A stretch of 43,267 nucleotides of DNA, taken from the NCBI GenBank assembly GCA_946183625.1, contig CAMHCL010000001.1, positions 1 through 43,267 on the forward strand. Reading direction: 5' to 3'. The DNA comes from an uncultured Lachnospiraceae bacterium (lineage in GTDB: Bacteria; Bacillota; Clostridia; Lachnospirales; Lachnospiraceae). Under the pieces are notes generated by a model. It was not told where the DNA came from. It worked only from the letters and a program-made list of their open reading frames with translations, and did not search any database. Positions 39,264 through 43,267 of this stretch are shown here, piece by piece. Position 1 is the stretch's first letter, and the number at the start of each line of letters is the position of its first letter. The position numbers and the translations under genes are program-made.

Positions 39264-41051
39264 TCAGGGGTTCATTACGAACCCCATAGTCACACCAGTT
39301 TCCTCCGGCTTCATATTGTCCGGCAAACAGAAATCCTCCGGCTCTAAGACAAAGTCATCCATAGCCTGCTCTTCGTCATTTCCAACCTGCTCACCGCCAT
39401 CACCAAACGCCCTGAGCGCATATGACAGAACCGCATTCTCCACCAGGTTTCTGCAGAACCGTCCGTTACCCATATTAGGATTGTCCAGCACCTGGTCGAA
39501 GATTCCACCAAGCTTTTCCTTTGCCTCATCCGATATAGAGAATCCTCTCTTCGTTGCCTCTAGCTCTGTGATCTGCACCAGCTCACCAGCAGAGTAATCG
39601 TCAAATGTAATGCTGAACGGCACTCTCGACCTAAGCCCAGGATTCTTGGAGAAAAACTCTTCCATCTTGTCCGGATAACCAGCAAATATCACCACTGTAT
39701 CATTTCGGTTATTCTCCATTTCCTGAACTATGGTATTTATTGCCTCTTCACCATAACCTCCTCTGCAATCCGAAAGCGAATAAGCTTCATCAACGAAAAG
39801 CAGACTCCCTTTAGCCTTCTCAAACACCCGCTTCACCATATCGGCTGTGTGTCCCACATACTTCCCAACAAGGTCAGCCTCACCAACCTCTATAAGGTCG
39901 CCCTTCGGAAGTACATTTTCATCCTTCAGTATTCCCGCAAGGATCCTTGCCACAGTAGTTTTTGCCGTTCCCGGATTTCCCACAAACTCCATATTAAGTG
40001 CGATTGGAATTTCCTGTCCCTCCGGCATACTCTTCTTCAGCTTCGCCAGAGCCTTTATCTTCTCCACCTGCGTTTTCACAGCTTCCAGACCAATCAGCTC
40101 ATCCAGCATTTCTGAATAATTCTTCTGTTCCTCTTTAATCCTTGGCTTCCTATCAAACTCAGCCAGAGCCTGCTTTATTTCCTCAAAACACTTTCGACTC
40201 AGATTCCTGATACCCAGCAGCTCCTTGTCGGACATATCTCTTAGTTCCTCAACAGATTCAACCCCTGCTCTCTTCAGACAGTTATACGACCTCACACTAA
40301 GGAGCAGCTCATCTATATCCGTATACGAATAATCCATTTCTTCAGCGAATCCACCATCGTCAAACTCCAAATCATTATCCTCAGTCTCGTCATCTCCGTA
40401 CACATCAAGAGACATCAGATTTTCCATGCAGTCCTTTATCAGGGCCGTCGGAAGCACATTTTCACCATCAACAAAAGTCTCCTCCAATTCGGTAACAACC
40501 GTTCCCGGAAAAATCATTGATACCAAAGTCTTCATCTTGAGAGTCATATCTTCCTTAAGACTTATCAACATCCTTCCGGAGCTCTTATCCTCTGAACCCT
40601 TTCCTTCCATTACAATTCTGATTATCCCTTCAGAGCTTCTTATCTGGCCCATCAGGTCCGAATAGTTCTCTAGATTATCAGCCTTTTCAGTCGGCTCAAT
40701 CCCCTTATCAAATGTCCTGACCGCGTATACCTTTCTGTCTTCAGCAAATATATCTGATAACTCCTCTGTATCAACTTCCGAAGCAGCTGCAGTACCGCTG
40801 AAAATCCATTCTATATCCCTTTCATCCACCTTGGTATCTGCACCGAAGAATACAAACTCCTTAGTCTTCTCGTCAGAACCAGTTTCCATCTGCCAGCCGA
40901 TGAATTCATTCTCACCAAGCAATTCACTTGCAGTGAAAAACCTCTTGCAGGAAGCACAAACACGTCTAAACACACCGTACACGGAATCGTTACCATTTGC
41001 AGTTAAACAAACAACATTAGTTGCAACCTTATTAAACTTATAGTTTGTCAT
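39264..41051 (-). CDS. RNA polymerase alpha-CTD-like domain fused to a CbbX/SpoVK-type AAA+ ATPase
   Basis: IDELLLSVRSYNCLKRAGV...IRNLSRKCFEEI; GNPGTAKTT, YVGHTA, FVDEAY, NPGLRSR, GNGRFCRN; start after AAGGAG. Confidence 0.85.
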   Translation of the reverse strand: MTNYKFNKVATNVVCLTANGNDSVYGVFRRVCASCKRFFTASELLGENEFIGWQMETGSDEKTKEFVFFGADTKVDERDIEWIFSGTAAASEVDTEELSDIFAEDRKVYAVRTFDKGIEPTEKADNLENYSDLMGQIRSSEGIIRIVMEGKGSEDKSSGRMLISLKEDMTLKMKTLVSMIFPGTVVTELEETFVDGENVLPTALIKDCMENLMSLDVYGDDETEDNDLEFDDGGFAEEMDYSYTDIDELLLSVRSYNCLKRAGVESVEELRDMSDKELLGIRNLSRKCFEEIKQALAEFDRKPRIKEEQKNYSEMLDELIGLEAVKTQVEKIKALAKLKKSMPEGQEIPIALNMEFVGNPGTAKTTVARILAGILKDENVLPKGDLIEVGEADLVGKYVGHTADMVKRVFEKAKGSLLFVDEAYSLSDCRGGYGEEAINTIVQEMENNRNDTVVIFAGYPDKMEEFFSKNPGLRSRVPFSITFDDYSAGELVQITELEATKRGFSISDEAKEKLGGIFDQVLDNPNMGNGRFCRNLVENAVLSYALRAFGDGGEQVGNDEEQAMDDFVLEPEDFCLPDNMKPEETGVTMGFVMNP

Positions 41052-41099
41052 ACCTTTTCTCCTTTTCAAAATACACATTCGTTACTCATCTTCAACAGT

Positions 41100-41341
41100 C
41101 TACACAAGCTATTCCGTTGGCAGGCTCATATCATCGCCATGCTTCCCCCGGCCGGCCGCCGTGCATCTGAGGATTCAGTTGTCAAGGTACATGCTCTGCT
41201 TAAAGTTTTGGCTTTAAGCAAAACAAAAAAGCAGCTGTGAAACATCTTTCAAATGGGCATAGTATCCCCATCAAAAGACTTCAATACCATACAAACCATA
41301 TATTTCACATCTGCCTTAACGACAAACTATTAAGTTGTATT
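41100..41341 (-). promoter_or_regulatory. Structured leader/attenuator-like intergenic region
   Basis: GCAGATGTGAAA...TTTCACAGCTGC plus T tract, a second hairpin at 41197-41220, boxA-like GTACCTTGACAACTGAAT and a GC-rich segment. Confidence 0.45.
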
Positions 41342-41381
41342 TAGAATTTAACACCATGTGAGAGGAAAGTCAATAGAAGGA

Positions 41382-41996
41382 CTATACAAACTCAAAACAA
41401 TTAATCCTTTTAAATTTTTCTCCTTTATAAACCCTTCCCGGATTTCCTCTTTCAAGTCTTGTATGTTCTTTCCAGGCTGTATTCTTCTGTTCTGCTTTTT
41501 TGTCATATCCCACCTGCATAAGAACAGCTTTCAGTTTATTCATGGCATCAGATCTATTCATCTGCTGTGTACGCTGTGCAGTTGAAGTAACTGTAATTCC
41601 TGTCGGAATATGAACCAGTCTCACACCTGTCTCAACTTTGTTAACATTTTGTCCGCCTTTGCCTCCTGAATGAAATCTTTCAAACCTTATGTCTGAGTCC
41701 TTTACATCTATAGATGTATCATCAATCTCTGGGATTACACTTACATCCACAAACCAGTTTTTCCTCTTGTGATGCGGTCTGAAGGTACTTTCTGAAATCC
41801 ACTGAATCGACCCATCTAGAAATGACAGATCCTGTTCTGTACTAAACACTATCGACTTGTAGCATCCTTTTTCCTTTGATGGATGTTCATACACTTTTTC
41901 TATATCAGGAAATTCTTCCTGCAGCGAGGCAAAAAGAAGCCCCACTGCAAGTTCACATTCTACCGGTCCCTGACCAGAACTAATTTGTAATAACAT
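41382..41996 (-). CDS. prfH: Peptide chain release factor H
   Basis: MLLQISSGQGPVEC, RKNWFV, SGGKGGQNVNK; adjacent to rtcB. Confidence 0.92.
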   Translation of the reverse strand: MLLQISSGQGPVECELAVGLLFASLQEEFPDIEKVYEHPSKEKGCYKSIVFSTEQDLSFLDGSIQWISESTFRPHHKRKNWFVDVSVIPEIDDTSIDVKDSDIRFERFHSGGKGGQNVNKVETGVRLVHIPTGITVTSTAQRTQQMNRSDAMNKLKAVLMQVGYDKKAEQKNTAWKEHTRLERGNPGRVYKGEKFKRINCFEFV

Positions 41997-42014
41997 ATAA
42001 TATCCTTTCCATAA

Positions 42015-43151
42015 TTAATTGTTTCCACCAGCTTTATAGTTATAAACCGGCTTAATTATCTTATCTATTTCTACTGTGTCATTTATCGCTGCTGCTATAT
42101 CGTCTATACCTCTATAAGCAAATGGGCTTTCATCCAGAGTATCCTTATTGATACATATTGAATAGATTCCATTCATTGCTTTCTTAAAGTCAGATACAGT
42201 ATGATGTTCTGCAACTTCTGAACGCTTGTAGATTCGTCCTGCTCCATGAGGTGCTGAATAGTTCCAATCAGCATTACCTCGTCCGGTTCCAAGTATTATC
42301 CCATCTCTCATATTGATTGGGATAATTACTCTTTCTCCCTCCTTGGCACTAATTGCACCTTTTCTGAGGATAGGATCATCACCTGAAAAATCCACATAGT
42401 TATGGATGCATGTGAAGCAGTCTTCTATCTTCCACTTCATCCCATTTGTGATGGAATCTATGATTGCATCTCTGTTAAGACGAGCAACCTCCTGGATAAT
42501 CTTTATATCATGAAGATAATCATCCATAAGCTCACCAGTTAGACAGGTCATCTCATATGAAGCATAACCCTGCTTCTTCATCTGCATTTCCTTCTGACCT
42601 GTTCTTAAGTAGTAGTCTGCAACCTCCATGCCAAGATGTCTGCTGCCGGAATGTATTACAAGATATACATTTCCATCCTCATCCTTATCAACCTCGATAA
42701 AGTGATTTCCTCCACCAAGTGTACCAATACTCCTATTTGCTTTACGTGCATTGATATGTTTATAACATCTAAGTTCTTCAAGGTTAATTCTGTCAGCATA
42801 CTTGTGATCCTTTTCTCTGATTCTTGGACCCACTGGTACATTTTCTCTTATAACAGAATCCAGCTGCTGAAACTGAAGTCCTTTCGTCTTAACCTTAGCC
42901 ATTGTCATTCCACAGCCAATATCAACTCCCACCAGACTTGGCAGGATGGAATCTCCGACTGTCATAGTAAGGCCTATAGTTCCAACCTTACCCGGATGAA
43001 CATCCGGCATTACTCTGATCACACTTCCCTCTGCACTCGGATGATTGCATACCATCTGGAGCTGTTTTCTTGCATATTCTTCAAGAGCATAAAGCTCGTT
43101 CTCTACTGTATAAACGATAGCATTTGTATATTTTCCATATATTGTAATCAT
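42015..43151 (-). CDS. rtcB: RtcB family RNA ligase (RtcB2-type, prfH-linked)
   Basis: MPDVH, VGVDIGCG, GTLGGGNHFIE, IHSGSR, IHN, RKGA, SAPHGAGR, DESPFAY. Confidence 0.93.
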   Translation of the reverse strand: MITIYGKYTNAIVYTVENELYALEEYARKQLQMVCNHPSAEGSVIRVMPDVHPGKVGTIGLTMTVGDSILPSLVGVDIGCGMTMAKVKTKGLQFQQLDSVIRENVPVGPRIREKDHKYADRINLEELRCYKHINARKANRSIGTLGGGNHFIEVDKDEDGNVYLVIHSGSRHLGMEVADYYLRTGQKEMQMKKQGYASYEMTCLTGELMDDYLHDIKIIQEVARLNRDAIIDSITNGMKWKIEDCFTCIHNYVDFSGDDPILRKGAISAKEGERVIIPINMRDGIILGTGRGNADWNYSAPHGAGRIYKRSEVAEHHTVSDFKKAMNGIYSICINKDTLDESPFAYRGIDDIAAAINDTVEIDKIIKPVYNYKAGGNN

Positions 43152-43181
43152 ATATAAATCCCTTCTTTTTATTTCCACAAC

Positions 43182-43227
43182 AAAAACACCCCTGGTGCTG
43201 AAACAATGCAGCACCAAAAGAGGTGTT
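43182..43227 (-). terminator. Terminator-like hairpin in the rtcB 5' region
   Basis: AACACC...TGGTGCTG-N8-CAGCACCA...GGTGTT followed by T-rich sequence, about 30 nt upstream of the rtcB start. Confidence 0.6.
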
Positions 43228-43267
43228 AGTTATCCTAAATAAGCATATTAAAATATAGAGTACTATT

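Noticed and set aside
39264-41051. rpoA
   Set aside because: Only the CTD-like part is recognisable; no alpha-NTD motifs; not in the rpsK-rpsD-rplQ context
41180-41185. TTGACA as a -35 element
   Set aside because: No -10 hexamer at 16-18 bp spacing; better read as part of a boxA-like motif
1-43267. Integrase, transposase or prophage
   Set aside because: No recognisable recombinase, transposase or phage structural genes in the window

Overview
A 43-kb chromosomal region, mostly on the minus strand, from a low-GC Firmicute (gene content suggests Clostridia, possibly Lachnospiraceae/Eubacterium-like; this is inference). In order: a partial acyl carrier protein; a MacAB/YknXYZ-type ABC exporter; a 73-bp palindromic tandem repeat array; the SCIFF ranthipeptide locus scfAB (the 45-aa precursor is missing from the ORF track); a PLP decarboxylase; glgP; type-2 ileS; a DUF1858 protein; an NYN-LOTUS protein; a five-gene ABC exporter; a 243-bp TIR-bounded multi-hairpin element; an EAL phosphodiesterase; a lipoprotein; two TetR units with visible operators; a P-type ATPase, an HHxxxDG acyltransferase and a TerB-like/AAA+ gene; and an rtcB-prfH pair followed by a structured leader and an RNA polymerase alpha-CTD/AAA+ ATPase fusion. 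The strongest leads are (1) a recurring A-[S/T]-x-[G/S/T]-D-[A/V/S/G] hexapeptide in four exported proteins (candidate modification sequon), (2) the alpha-CTD/AAA+ fusion next to rtcB-prfH, (3) the TIR-bounded structured element and (4) the 73-bp array. All calls were made by reading the sequence; no database searches were run.
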